Both the position numbers and the translations under genes were made by a program. From the human T2T-CHM13v2.0 reference genome, Homo sapiens, in the NCBI RefSeq assembly GCF_009914755.1, contig NC_060932.1: a stretch of 64,000 nt of DNA; one strand, written 5' to 3'. Of the stretch, positions 30,529 to 47,116 are shown one piece after another (positions within the stretch are counted from its first letter, which is position 1; every line of letters begins with the position of its first letter). The notes under the pieces are model-generated. The model saw only the letters and a list, made by a program, of their open reading frames with translations, did not search any database and was not told the DNA's origin.

Positions 30529-30637
30529 TGCGTGTGTGTGTGTGTGTGTGATGTGTGTGTAATGTTTACATTTGTAAGTACACAGAAACTCATACACACC
30601 CGTGTGTGTGTGTGTGTGTGGGTGTGTGTGTGTGTGT
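30529..30637. repeat. Two (TG)n microsatellites
   Basis: TG runs at ~30532-30560 and ~30602-30637. Confidence 0.9.
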
Positions 30638-32989
30638 ATACCTAAATTAGGTATTTAAACCTACCTGAATAGCATTTCAATGCTAAAACTTAAACACACC
30701 AAAAGAAGACAGAACTAAAAAAACAACATAGCACCAACAAAATAGACCTATTACTTTTCTGATTAGGTTCTGTGTTTCATTCTCAGTTTACTTTAAACTT
30801 ATGATACATAAGAAAAAAACGGAATATATCTAGATTATCGTTTGCATGATTTGTTTAAAAGAGGGTAAAGTTCTAAGCTTGCCCTTGGTTTCAGTAAATT
30901 TATTCCTGTAATCCCCAATACACCTTCCACATGCCTTACCCAAAGTATATTATCTTTTAAAACTTATTAGAGAGATCAGTAAATGCTGAACCTGCCCAGC
31001 CCACTTATATAATGAAATAATAAAATGTGGATTAAAACATTGCTTTAATAATCAAATAAGATACGTCACATTATTAGCGAAATGTTAGACGGGCTATATA
31101 TGCTCAACCGATATTTGTTCCTTTCAAACATAATGATGTATGATCACAGAAAAGAATTTAGCATTCTACTCTGAGGGAATTTTATGGACAACAGTGTTTA
31201 TCATATATACTCATTTTCAGGAGTGACCCCTAAAAATAGATTCACAAATTGTGAATGCCCGATTAATTTGAAGCTTTAAGTTAGAAAGAAAAAGAACAGC
31301 TATATAAATAATGGAACATCATTTTTTTTTCTCACTAGTAATGCAGTCTCATAGTTAAATGAAGTGAAGGGAATATAATCAAGTTAAAACATGCAATTAT
31401 AAGGGTCATTCTAATTATTGAGACAGAAATTAATAGCATCAAACTCAGAGTCTAGAACTGTATGTTTGAATGGGAGAATGTAATTGAAGACGGTGGATAG
31501 AATCTCAATTAGCAAATGAAGATAATGGCCAATAAAGAAAGAGGCAAGGAAAGGAAGGATCAAAGTCTTTCAACTAAAGAGTAATTACATGGGATGAGTA
31601 GAAAGTACACGTGATTGTGTTATATGCACAGATACCACTGCTAGATGTCACACTCATATCACAGCGACACCCTATATACAGAGATCATCTTTATGCAGTG
31701 ATAATTTTATTTCATTTTAAAAGTTAATTAATGCGTAAGTGCAGTATAGCCCTAGGATGAATTTAGGGGAAAAAATGGGTATACAGAGTTTGGAAAATGG
31801 AGAAGATCATCTCTAAGAAAATTTGCAGTAGACTGAAAATTTAATTCTGTAAAAAAATATTTACACTACAGAATCAGCAATTAAATATATTTAAAATAAT
31901 TTATTCATGTCTGATGATTACCACTGAAGTAATCTAAATGGTAACTTCTTCTTTCAATAAGGAAGCTGATGTAAAAGCAACTCCATAAAACATACTGTGG
32001 GTCACAGCTTGTCAATAATTTTTAGCCCCTCAATGACATGTTCTTCAATTGGAGGTGAAAACACTTTGCTTTTTCTCTTCTATCATGCACAGACATTACT
32101 GGTTTATTTGTAATATGATAAGTCAGAGACAGACATTCCTTTAAAATTTGAACTTAAGTAAAAATTCATAATTTTGAACTTTTTTAAAATGATTCTGTCA
32201 AATTGATAAGCACAATTTTAAGTTTCCTTACAAATACTTAACAAAAATAATTTTGTTGTGAGCAGAGAAATTTAAAACTATCAAATGATGAAAAATAATG
32301 TATCATTTTAAAAGATTAGTGAAGCAATATGAGTATTTCGTTGATGAAAGCTTTTCTTTCAGCATCACTTGAGTATTTCTGTAAGTACTTATTAAATGTC
32401 TCCCCTCCTGGATTGCCCACCTACCACTTAAAACACTCAGTGAGTTTTTTAGTTGGGGCATGTGGACAGTTTGGCCACAGCTTGGGGCAGCTACCACATG
32501 ATAGTCTGGGAAACCTATGAACTGCTCCTGCGAACACAGAAGGAAAATTCTCAGAGCCTCCGACAGTGTCATACACATGACAAGGGTACAGTTAATGTTT
32601 GCTGATAATGATGGCAAATTCTGTTATTGTCTACCCTGCAATAATTAGCCACCTTCCCTCTGAAAACTACATTTTAGGAATGTTAACTATAATTTCTAAA
32701 ACTTCATTAAAATATATAAATGCATAACTATGAAAGAAAAAGCAATGGAAATGTTATATTAAATCTGTGTCAGTCTGAGCCTAAGAGTATAACTGTAAGC
32801 AGAGACAATATATTTATTTAGCATTCAGCACAGCCCATATGCTCATTTATAATCTAACGCTATTCAGGAATTAATGGCTGAGGCTAACTCTTAAACATGA
32901 GTTTTAGACAAGTCATTAGTCATCAACACTGGAACTGTGCTCCCTGAAAACTAGCTATTTCCAATTCTAATAATCTGGAGCATATGAGG

Positions 32990-33420
32990 ATGTTCCTTGC
33001 GGCACTATTCACAATATCAAAGGCATGAAATCAACCTCAAAGGCCACCTATGGCAGACTGGATAAAGAAAATGTGGCATGTATACACCATGGAATACTAT
33101 GCAGCCATAAAAAAGGACAAGATTATGTCCTTTGCATGAGCATGGATGGAGCTGTGGACCATTATCTTTAGCAAACTAACACAGGAAAAAAAAAATCAAA
33201 TGTTCTCATTTATAAGTTGGAGCTAAAGGAAGACAGATGGACACAAAGAGGGAAACAACAGACACCAGAGGTTGGAAGGTGGGAGGAGGGAGGGGACCGT
33301 GAAAAATAACTAATGGGTACTGGGCTTAATACCTGGGTGATGAAATAATCTGTACCACAAACCTGTGACACAGGTTTACTTATATAGGAAACATGCACAT
33401 GTACCCCTGAATTTAAAATA
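32990..33420 (+). mobile_element. L1PA13-16-like 3' end
   Basis: 'GGATAAAGAAAATGTGG..TACACCATGGAATACTATGCAGCC', 'AAAAATAACTAATGGGTACTGGGCTTAATACCTGGGTGATGAAATAATCTGTAC', 'CACATGTACCCCTGAA'. Confidence 0.85.
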
Positions 33421-34005
<585 letters not shown>

Positions 34006-35280
34006 TGATAAATAATGATTTTAAAAACAGCATACACCATACAGACTCAATACAGATCCATTCAGGGAATCCGAAAACACTATTCTGCTAATACAAGTGG
34101 GCATAAAGAGAAACATGCGCTAATTTTTTAACACACAAATGGATCAAAACTATCCTACCTATCTAGTAAATGTGCTGATTTATGAAATTGCACGTTATTT
34201 AAATAGCTAATGTAAAAAGTGACACATTTTAACATAGTCACGTAAATGCCCAATGAATGTCTAGTTTGAAGACATGTACTGAAATATGTTCGTCAGATGG
34301 ACTCATGCCTTTGAAGAGCTATCATTTTGAGATAAAATATCCCCTACCAGTGGAAATGTGTAAGATGAGTGGCAGACCCAGTGCCAGAGTCAGAATGTGC
34401 CCTGCATAAGCATGCAATGAACAGAGCGACCGTTCTTGTAGGCCTGAGTACTAAGATCACGGCTTTCCTGTTTGTAAACTGTTATTACGTTGAGTTCATT
34501 TCCCTGCAATACTTTCAGCTTAAGGTCTACGGTGGAATACAAAAATCATTCTTAACAAGTCCACCTATGTTTTGTTATGATCTGATACATACAAATCCCT
34601 AGGTACATAGTGCCTGGGTGGACCTGGATTCTGCAGGTGTGGAAGACGCAGCTGTTAGAGGAGGCACCCTCTTTGATGGGGCCATGCCAGGCTGTCACCA
34701 ACGATTTGGCATCCAGAGGCCACTGGAGCATATGAGAAGCAGTCAAGGTGCCCTGAATGTTCCAGAGAACATTCTGGAACACTGGAAGCTCAGGACGGCC
34801 AAACTGTGTTGCCATACTCACTGCAGCAGAGGGGAAAGTGTAAAATTACAAGAGAAGGAGGCCCGTGTTCAAGGTTGGGGGCAGTCAGCTTTCCAACTGG
34901 GACTCCTCATGGCCCAGCCCTGGGCTGATTCCTATCTTCGTGTTGAATGCAGCATCTCTGCTCACCCCAAGACAGTCCAGTCCCTGACACACTGAGAGTA
35001 AGTTTACAGAGCCCAGGTTTCCACCTTGTAAAATAAGGATGCTAATAAGGAAAATAAATAAATAAATAAGATGGAATTTAATTGCTTATTTTGAAAACTG
35101 GTGACTTCACAGCATTATACGAATATAAAAGACGAAATAATAGGAAGGGTCTCAGCATTGCTAATGTCAAATCAACCCCTCTCTCAATCTTCCAGGGGCT
35201 AAGAGGCTATTATTTTTAGATGCCTCTATTGCCCCAAAATCAGTATATTTGTTTTCTATTAAGACTAAATATTTTTTTCA

Positions 35281-35585
35281 GCGGCGTACAGTCGCTCAAA
35301 CCTGTAATCCCAGCAATTTGGGAAGCTGAGGCGGGTGGATCACTTGAGGTCAGGAGTTCAAGACCAGCCTGCTCTACATGGTGACACCCCGTCTCTACTA
35401 AAAATACAGAAAAAAAAAAAAAATCAGCCGGGCGTGGTGGTGAGTGCCTGTAGTCCCACCTACTCGGGAGGCTGAGGCAGGAGAATCAGCTGAACCCACG
35501 AGGCAGAGATTGCAGTGAGCTGCCCTCTAGCCTGGGTGACACAGCAAGATTCTGTCTCAAAAAAATATAAATAAAAATAAAATAA
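35281..35585 (+). mobile_element. AluS with a small right-arm deletion
   Basis: Alu dimer; 'GCAGTGAGC|TGCCCTCTAGCC' lacks the GAGATCGCGCCAC segment. Confidence 0.88.
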
Positions 35586-35942
35586 CAAGTGTTCTTCTTC
35601 CTTTATAGAACAGTTTTAATACCCATATAAATGTTTGCTCAAATTGAAACAAACATTATCTCTAAGGTCCCTTAAAATTCTGAAGAATTTCACCAAGTCT
35701 CCACTCTGTTAAAACATATTGATTTACTGACTTGTAGTATTAAAAATAAGTTGCTTTAAAACAATCTGGGATATTGTTGGATTCTGTTCAGAGAAAAAAT
35801 AATATGGTACTTTAACATGTGCTTATGGCAGAGACTTAAAATGACTTTTAGGGAATACTGATGCTCTTTCAGTCATAGGAAACGACAACCCACTAGGATG
35901 CAATGGTTTTAACTGACACAGGTAAACATTAAGTAGCATTTG

Positions 35943-36275
<333 letters not shown>

Positions 36276-38557
36276 GCATTCAGGAAGTTTATTCTAGTTA
36301 GTGTACATTAAGGCACCATAAATGAACACTCAGAGAAATATATTTCACTCTCACCATATAGTAAAATAGGCAGGTATTATTATTATTTTCCAAAATCACA
36401 GTTTCAGATGACTTGCTGACACTATTTCATAGGCAGTTTTATACTTTTATTCTCTCAGGCCATGGCAGCACTGGCATGATATTATGCATTTGTTGTTAAT
36501 AAAATACAAAACAGTCCCTATTACAAGTAGTAGATACTACCATGGGTATTTTTAATTCCCCTGCGTTTATCTCCTAAAAAGCCAATACCTTTTTTTAAAA
36601 AAAGACCTAAGACAGTGCAAACTTCCTCCTAGTCATAGGTGATTTAAAAGAAATAGAAAAGTGATTGCTGGCAGGATGCACGACATGTAATTAAAAACAT
36701 AGGTTTTAAGGTACTGCCACATACATCCTAACGTATTTAAATTGCACATCATTCTTCTAACGATGATTTTGGCAGGAAGGGACAATTTTACATGATGTAA
36801 AATTTGACTCTGAGGACCCAGAAAACAGGGCACTTTTGTAGGCCACGCTTGCCCTAGACGTCGGTCAATGTCCCCTGGTTGTCAAATCGCTCACGTGGTT
36901 TTCTGGACCAAATGAAAGACAATGCAAACCGAGGTGCCTTCATTCATTCTGCATAATAGCAAACAACATAGGAAACATTCGTATATTGCCTCAGATTATT
37001 TCGGCAGATAAAAGTCCTGAAATCCAGCCTGAGAAACTTTACTTTGGAAAAGGGTCCATCAACCATGGTTAAACCTGGTCACAAAAGATGACTTGCAAAT
37101 AGTTTATTTGGGGCTGTCTTTAGGAATTCAGGCAGTATGAGGTAGACACTTTCAACCGACGCGCCCTAGAGTTCACCGCAAGCTTAACATTCTGTGAGTA
37201 AGATTCCCGCCTTTTATCTATCGGAAAAATGAAAACTCTCATAAAACAGTCTAGTCTTTTAACCTTTATAAAAAAGAGGAAGTGTAAATAAAAACATAAT
37301 AAACAATTTTTGAGTAATGTCTAGAAAAGAAAGACACACAGATTTTTAGTAGGAAAGAAGATAAAGAAACTCCAGGATGAATATTATGGGGAGGATGGTA
37401 ATTGGGAGGGATATTAAAAAAAAAAACGAAATGTTTCTGCATTTGTTATTGGGTCTATGGATCTGCCTGATGAAACACACGGGGTTGGCATAGCTGCTGG
37501 GTTTCTCCCTCCATGGTTTACTCAGATATTAGAGCCCTGTGTTGAGGGGACCCAGACCTAATGTTGGACTGTGATGTAAACAGAAATACACGGTTATTGG
37601 GCAAAGCCACTGAAAGCCCAGGTTTTATTTGTTATAAGAGTGAAAGTTAATTATCTAGTAATGAAAATACATGACATTCACGTTTTGGTTTACTCAAACA
37701 TGCCCTGTAAACCAAGTTTGTGAGTCATCTCTGAGTTCACAGAAGGTGCACACACAGCACGTAAGTGCCCAGCTCTGCAAACTCATGTGTGCTTATGCCC
37801 CAGGACCCATAACAGATCTAAGCCCACCTTTGCCCATCTGTAGAGAAACACTTCCTATCTCTTTACTCAAGAAAACATGTTGAGTAAATCAAGATGAAGC
37901 CTGGTGCCAACTGTGTTTATTAGGAATAATCATAATAAATAATATTAATAAGCCATGAAGCTTGTAACTCTACCTAAAAGTTTGCCTTTGTTATTAGAAA
38001 ATAAGAAAAAAACAGTAGTCCAGCAAAGTATGTTTGCAGAAAAGAAAAACAAAATTTTTCCGCTAGACAGAGAGCTATTAATTGTATAAACATATATTAT
38101 AGATCAATCAAATTTATGGTTACCATCAATTATCCCTCCAAAATGTTGATATATGCATGATACTATGTTAGTTGATTAGTTTTTGGAAAATGGCAAAGAC
38201 CCCTAGCAAAGACCCTTCTACTGATGTTCTAAACCCTTATTTATCATGGAATGCATTTGAACGGAAAGAGTGTTGAGAATTAATTTTTCATTTGTATTCT
38301 AATTAATACTTTTGACATTAGAAATCTTGATAAATTATGAAGATTAAACAGGCACACAAAGGATAATTTTATCTTGTTGCCATATATTAAGGTAAAGTGG
38401 ATTCAAAGAGCACAGCTTTTTAACATATTAATATTTTTTGTGGTACGTAATACATAGCCTTGAATCATTTCTAAGCCATTGAAAATCTGTACTCTTTTGC
38501 ATATTTTTTTTTTCTAAAAAGGAGAGAGCATAGTGTAGTGCTTAAAAGCAGAGACTC

Positions 38558-38851
38558 GCCAGGTGTGGTGGCTCACGCCTGAAATCCCAGCACTTTGGGA
38601 GGCCAAGGCAGGTAGAACACGAGGTCAGGAGATCAAGACCATCCTGGCTAACATGGTGACACCCCATCTCTACTAAAAAATACAAAAAATGAGCCGGGCG
38701 TGGTGGCAGGTGCCTGTGGTCCCAGCTACTCAGGAGGCTGAGGCAAGAGAATGGCGTGAACCTGGGAGGTGGAGCTTGCAGTGAGCCGAGATCGAGTCAC
38801 TGCCCTCCAGCCTGGGCAACAAACTCCGTCTCCAAAAAAAAAAAAAAAAAA
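38558..38851 (+). mobile_element. AluY inserted in a MIR
   Basis: AluY diagnostics; perfect TSD AAAAGCAGAGACTC at 38544-38557 and 38852-38865; MIR text on both flanks (~38525-39030). Confidence 0.93.
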
Positions 38852-39334
38852 AAAAGCAGAGACTCTGGGGCTGGTCTAGTTTTACTTACATCTAAGCCCT
38901 ATCACTGAAGTTAGGGGCCAGTTAACTTCTAACAGCCTCAGTTTCCTCACCAATGAAGCAGCCACTACTTGACAGAATGGTTATGACATTTAATGATTAA
39001 TGCTCATTAATGTGAATTGCTTAGAATAATCAGAGCCTAACACTATTAGAGTATTTCGTAAGTTAATCAAGTAAAATAATACAATCAGGAATACAAATTA
39101 AAATTTTACATACACATATAAGTTTTTTTTTTTTTTAACTGAAAGAGACTCTGATGATCTATTCCCATGTTTATAACGATGCGGAATGGAAGCTCAAAGG
39201 GGTTAAAGAATAATATTAGTGTTGTAATGAGACTGAAATCTTCGGCTATATAACCAGATAGATTTTTCATTATGAATTAACAAACATTTTACAGAAAATC
39301 ATCTGAAATCACATGAATGGATATAACTAATTAA

Positions 39335-39690
39335 ACAGTACTATGCGGCCATTATAAAATGAGAGCATGTCCTCTGCAGGGACATGGATGGAGCTGGGGG
39401 CCATTACCCTTCGCAAACTGATGCAGGAACAGAAAACCAAATACCACATGATCTGACTTCTAAGAGGGAGCTAAATTGTGAGAACACATGGGTACACATA
39501 GGTGAACGACACAAACTGCGGCTCAGTGGAGAGTGGGGGGGGCGGGGAAGGGAGAGGATCAGGACAAATGGATACTAGACTTAGTACTTGAGTGATGAAG
39601 TCATCTGTGCAACAAACCCCCATGACACCAGTTTACCTATGTAACTAAGATACACATGGATTAAAATAAAATAAAAGTTGAAAAAAATTC
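39335..39690 (+). mobile_element. L1PA15/16-like 3' end
   Basis: 'GCAGGGACATGGATGGAGCTGGGGGCCATTA..GCAAACTGATGCAGGAACAGAAAACCAAATACCACATG', 'CAACAAACCCCCATGACAC'. Confidence 0.82.
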
Positions 39691-39695
39691 AACAA

Positions 39696-40051
<356 letters not shown>

Positions 40052-40399
40052 CTAAAAGCATTGTTCTTACTTGTCTGCAAGATACTGGTGAAGTGGAGGT
40101 CACTACAACATGTGTCTCATCTGAACTACAACTGAAAATGCTTGTACTTCATCCATGAATCACTGTTCTTCAGCTGTTTAAGCTTTCTATGTTGAAAGAA
40201 AACTACAAGATACATTGAAAGAAAATGAAAAGCCATATGTAAAATTCATCAGATTGATTTCAGTTCTTTGTGCCTTTACCAAATATATATACTCTCCTTC
40301 CACTGAAAAAAGGGAAGGTCATTCCAAAAAAAAAAAAAAAAAAATGGTGGTTCAGTTCATCCTGTGGTTAAGGTTGAATTGACTTCATCTCCTATCGAA

Positions 40400-40740
40400 T
40401 GATTTACAATATGAGTCAGCAAAATCAACAGTCAGTTTCCAGACCTCAGCAACATCAAAATTTGACAACGATTCAAAGATGAGGAAAGAAAGTGAGCATT
40501 AGCACAATTCAGCTCCCTTAAACCAACTGCACCCACAGGCAAAACACCCGTAGAGGAACACGTCCCTAAGGATTTCACTCGAAATATGCAAGCTTCCCGC
40601 TGTTGCCAATTCTCCTGCAACAAAAGTATTTGTGTTTTCATCTCAATAGCCATTACAGACAAACAGAAAACCAAAAACGTGGGAAGGAGAAGGATCATCT
40701 GCATTGCAAATATGACGCGTCTTCACTCCAGTGCACCAAT
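40400..40740. promoter_or_regulatory. Candidate enhancer with a full NRF2/BACH-sMaf (ARE) motif
   Basis: ATGAGTCAGCAAAA at 40411-40424, in apparently repeat-free, locally CpG-retaining DNA. Function is inferred. Confidence 0.35.
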
Positions 40741-43700
40741 AGGCATGTTATAAAGGCTCAACAGATGGCTTTAAAAATCAAAGTTAAAACAGCAAAGATG
40801 ATTGAATGTTAACAAAATATAGTTCGTTAGGATTATAAATTAGATGACTGTCTAGATAATAATTTTAATAGTTTCATAAAGTATGCAATTACATTGTCCC
40901 ATCAAGCTTCAGGAGGAGCTATAATCAGCAGTTCTTGGATGTCTTAGAGACTCTTTCTCTTGCTCTCTTTGGCTAAGTTGTGCCTGGAACATCAAGAGGC
41001 CACCATCAGAATTATACCTTCCTCTGTGTGGCTCTCCGTGAATCTCGGTAGCACTGATGTTGACCACCACATAAACTAAAGCCCGTTTAAGACAATACCC
41101 CCTGACCTTTCAGCAACAGGGGCTTTTATCTACATCAGCACCAGCTAGTGGGTATTTTACTCTTCATCAGCTTTGCCCTATAATGAGAACAGGTTGGGCC
41201 ACAGCAGAGGGCATATTTGCTCAGGGATCAGAGTGAGAAAAACCTTAAATCTGCACTTAAATCTTAAATCTGTATTGCTCACCAACATGTCGGGTATGAG
41301 GAATTGTCTATGTATTTGCACTTTAGTGACTTCTATCATTTCCATTTTCAAGAATTTCCATTTGTTTCAGGCTCAAACACAACCTCCTCACTCATTACTT
41401 GTGGTAAACGCTATTAAGCCCAAGATCACTCATGTTCCTGTATTCTGTCCTTCTAGGAACTTGATTCCATAAGTCACACCTTTAAGGACATACTCACTTT
41501 ACCTAAGAGTATTTTCTGTACGTGGTGCTACCCTTCCTATTTTCATAATATTTGAGTGTTTTGCAAATCAAATGCAATCATATCTTTGTAACTCAGGAAC
41601 TGATCTTGGAATATCTTAAGTTAATGTCATTATGTATTTATCTTATTTGAAATACATCTTTTGAGCAGTGACATGTGCCTTAAATTTACTTTGAATTCTC
41701 TGAGCTTTCAGGAAAGACATCTGTAAAAGATAAGTTGCCCAGTACCATGCATTTAACCTCAGCTCTTTGAAGTCATAAGCAGGGCTGAAAGCAAAGTTGT
41801 AGCTGCCACAAACGTAAAACCTTAACGACAGGGTATTGTGAAAATACGTTGCATCACACGTGTATTAAAATACCATGCCCATAATGAAAACCTTGCTTTC
41901 AAAGAACGTCCTCCAATAAAAAAAATACTCAATATATACTGCCAGTTTAAATGTACTGAGTATCAAAATGAATATTCCTGGGCTTCCAAGTCTGTTTGCT
42001 TCTCTGTTCACATCCAGGTACCCATGCCAGGTCATGTTTTCCCTGGATGGAATGATGGACATTAGGGAAGGTGACGATGGCTTCAGTCTTGCTGATATTA
42101 CCCAAGGACTGGCTGAAGAGGTCTGAGTCACAAGAGGCTGTGGGAAAACAAATGAAAGAGGCAGAGGATGAGGGTCCCACCGGGCCCTCTGAGGAGCCAA
42201 TGAGTGTGCTGTCAAGGGAGGCCCAGTGTTTAGTATTTACCCAAACACGGCAAACCACAGCTCAACAAAGATAAAAATCGGCATTTCAAGGCGCAGGAAC
42301 CATGTCTCCACAGGAGAATGTTTAACAAGTGATTTTGGCTGGCAAGTTATGGAATCGGACAGGGATGACATCGAAGGATGCTATGGTGAGAAGAGCAGGA
42401 AAACAGAATACAGTTCAGCCGTGTTTCCCATTCATTCTTCAGCACCGAGAAGCCTCAGCAGAACTGGCCACCTCCACGAAGGAAAGCGGCAGGAGAAAGT
42501 ACAATGTTTAATGGTGGGAGGTGGGGCTGCAGGTAATTTATATTCTTTCCTAAGTACATGTTCTATGATTACTATATATCCCCTTCATAATGTTTTTGAT
42601 ATTTAAGGCATGATATTAAAATTATAGTAACTTTCATATACAAAAAATATATTAACAATTTCAATCTACTGTAAATGTTATGGTAGGCATACGTTCAACA
42701 AAGAATGCAGAATGATAAAAATGACCAAGAAAACAATTAAAATATTGCCCTATCAAGTCTGTACATGTCATACCTGACACTACTAAATTTCTTTCGTCCA
42801 GCAATCAACACTGCTGCTTTTAACACCAAATGAGGAGTGAATTTAGAAATTATAATGAAGGAATAATATAAAATGTTCCCAAGTCATTCCTATAGGATGG
42901 GATTTAGAAGCTTCAGGAGAAAACCACAGACCTAATTTGCCATGTTGATATTGCTCACATTGGCATCAGTCATGAAACAATGGACACTCCAAATAGCTTG
43001 TAAAATATCTAACAATAAATGGTGACAAAGGCCTGAATTACAATAGCGCCCTGTCACTTTTCTAATAAATAGTGATTATCATGTAAATAATGCCAGGAAG
43101 CATCTCAACAACTATTTTTATTATAATGTTGGCAACAGCAAATAAAAAGTACGCCATTTTCTTTTGTTTCCCCTTTGACATTCATTTGCTAACAGAGTAA
43201 TCATACATCTCCCACATTTTCTTGCAAGGAAAATAAAAACATTTAATAAAATGGGGAAAAGGATCATACAACACAAAGCCATTTGCCAAAGTTCTTCAAA
43301 TTATGCTTAACAGATTTCATTATTTAAATAAACATTTTTTTTAACACATATAAAACATTCACAACCTTCATGAGACTCTTTGGTCACTATGAGTTCTGCA
43401 AAGAAAAAAAAAAGTTTGTTTCAGGATCTCCCACTGTATTATACCCATTTTCATTGGTCAGCCACATAATTAGAACTGTTAGTTCTAATTTAATGGGAGA
43501 TCACAGTAGAAGAGGTGATTAGTCCCCGGGTGAAAATGAATATGAGAATGGACTATCTAGCTTTCTTTCATCTGGGAATTTTCCATCTCTTCACATTGTA
43601 ACTTTTTTCACTATCTACAATTTAAAAATTACAAAGCAGTATTCAGCTGTGAAGCCTAGAATTCTGCCCATGAAATTGGAAACAGAAACCAGATGAAACA

Positions 43701-44028
43701 TTTTAAAGGAAAAATTCTACTTTGATGACAGTTCTATCCAGAACATGTGTGTACACTGACTTGTCAATGGAAAATAAACTAAAACCTTGGGTGCATACAT
43801 TCGATTTCAGGCAGATTTTTTAATTTGTTTTTTAAGAGACAGGGTCTTGCTCTTTCACCCAGGCAGTTCCACAATCATAATATTAATAGGCAGAAAAGGC
43901 AAATTCTATAGAACAGGATAAGTTAACAAATCACCCTAACAAATTGGATCTTCTATAACATTTTTTAAAATTATAAAATCTGTTTGACCCACCGATGCAA
44001 GACTGTGTCATGATTTAAAAAAGACGAG

Positions 44029-45431
<1,403 letters not shown>

Positions 45432-45874
45432 ATGCCTTCATAGAAAACATATAGTGAAAGTTCCGCCATCTTCATTAAATTCCCACATTTCTAAGATTTT
45501 GTTCATGTTAAAATTTGTTTGTTCTTTGCTCCAATTTTAGTCATTTGAGCCTCACCGCCCCTCACAATATCTATTCTACGCTTTCTATTTTTTAATGTGA
45601 AAATATTTCCTTTTCTGTTAAATTTAACAATTATTCACTGAGAGCTTGTGTTCTATGGGAAATGAAACATCAAGATGAAGACAATGCAAAGTGTGTCCTC
45701 AAGCAGTTCCCAGACAAACTACAACAAGGTTATCACCTGTTCTCCTACGGTCAAAAAATGTGTATAAAAGTCCTAGCATATTCCAGTAAGAGCATCATGA
45801 ATTCTGAGTTATTCACAGATAATTTCGTAAAACCAGATAGATTTTCAAATTGAGAAGTATTAGGCATTAAGTAT

Positions 45875-46495
<621 letters not shown>

Positions 46496-47036
46496 CTATT
46501 CATTCATTTAGTAATTCTGTACACATTGTCTTCTATTCATTGGCTTGACTCTGGGAATAAAGTAATGAATAAAACATGCTATCTTTCCTTAAGAGTTGGG
46601 GGCACAGACTGCAGCAATGAAGAAGTATTTATGCTCAGCGTTTATCAAAGCGCAAAGCGAGCGAAGTCTGGGAGTCTCAGTTCAGGTAAGTTTTACGGGA
46701 GAAGGTTCTTTGAGTTGAGTCTTACATGATGATCAGCAGTCCCGAAGCATGATCAGGGGAGTCATTCCAAGCAGAGAGTCCAAGGTAGCAAATACAAAGA
46801 GGTGCGGAGCACCACATCCCATTAAGTTATCCTCAGCTCATTATTACAGAAGCACAGAAGGTAAACCCCAGAGAAGTGGCAGCAGGGGCTGGCAAGCCCG
46901 ACAAGAGTACGTCATGGTGGACCTGTGTGCTAAGCCAGGAGCCTGAACTTTGTCCTACACTGTGATGGACAGAGACTTTTCAGAATTTTCAGATTGGCAA
47001 TATAGATAAGCCATACCTGTGGTGGTTAGGTAAAAT

Positions 47037-47116
47037 ATGGATTTGGGGGATGAGAAAGAAATCACTAGAGGATGAGAAAGAAATCACTAGGATGGATTTG
47101 GGGGATGAGAAAGAAA
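47037..47116. repeat. Local compound duplication (GGATGAGAAAGAAA x3)
   Basis: ATGGATTTGGGGGATGAGAAAGAAA occurs twice and GGATGAGAAAGAAATCACTAG occurs twice, overlapping. Confidence 0.85.

Noticed and set aside
34524-34532. GTCTACGG match to the 5S rRNA 5' end
   Set aside because: Only 8 nt, with no continuation or TSD.
41838-42606. Cluster of overlapping ORFs on both strands
   Set aside because: Short, no recognisable domain or coherent splice signals; explained by locally higher GC.
43468-43490. 10 bp perfect hairpin AATTAGAACT-GTT-AGTTCTAATT
   Set aside because: About chance level for AT-rich DNA of this length.
46593-46691. Plus-strand exon candidate ending CAG|GTAAGT (similar donors near 11717, 12477 and 21567)
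   Set aside because: Isolated consensus donors are expected in 64 kb; this one lies in an antisense L2-like relic and no consistent exon chain links them.
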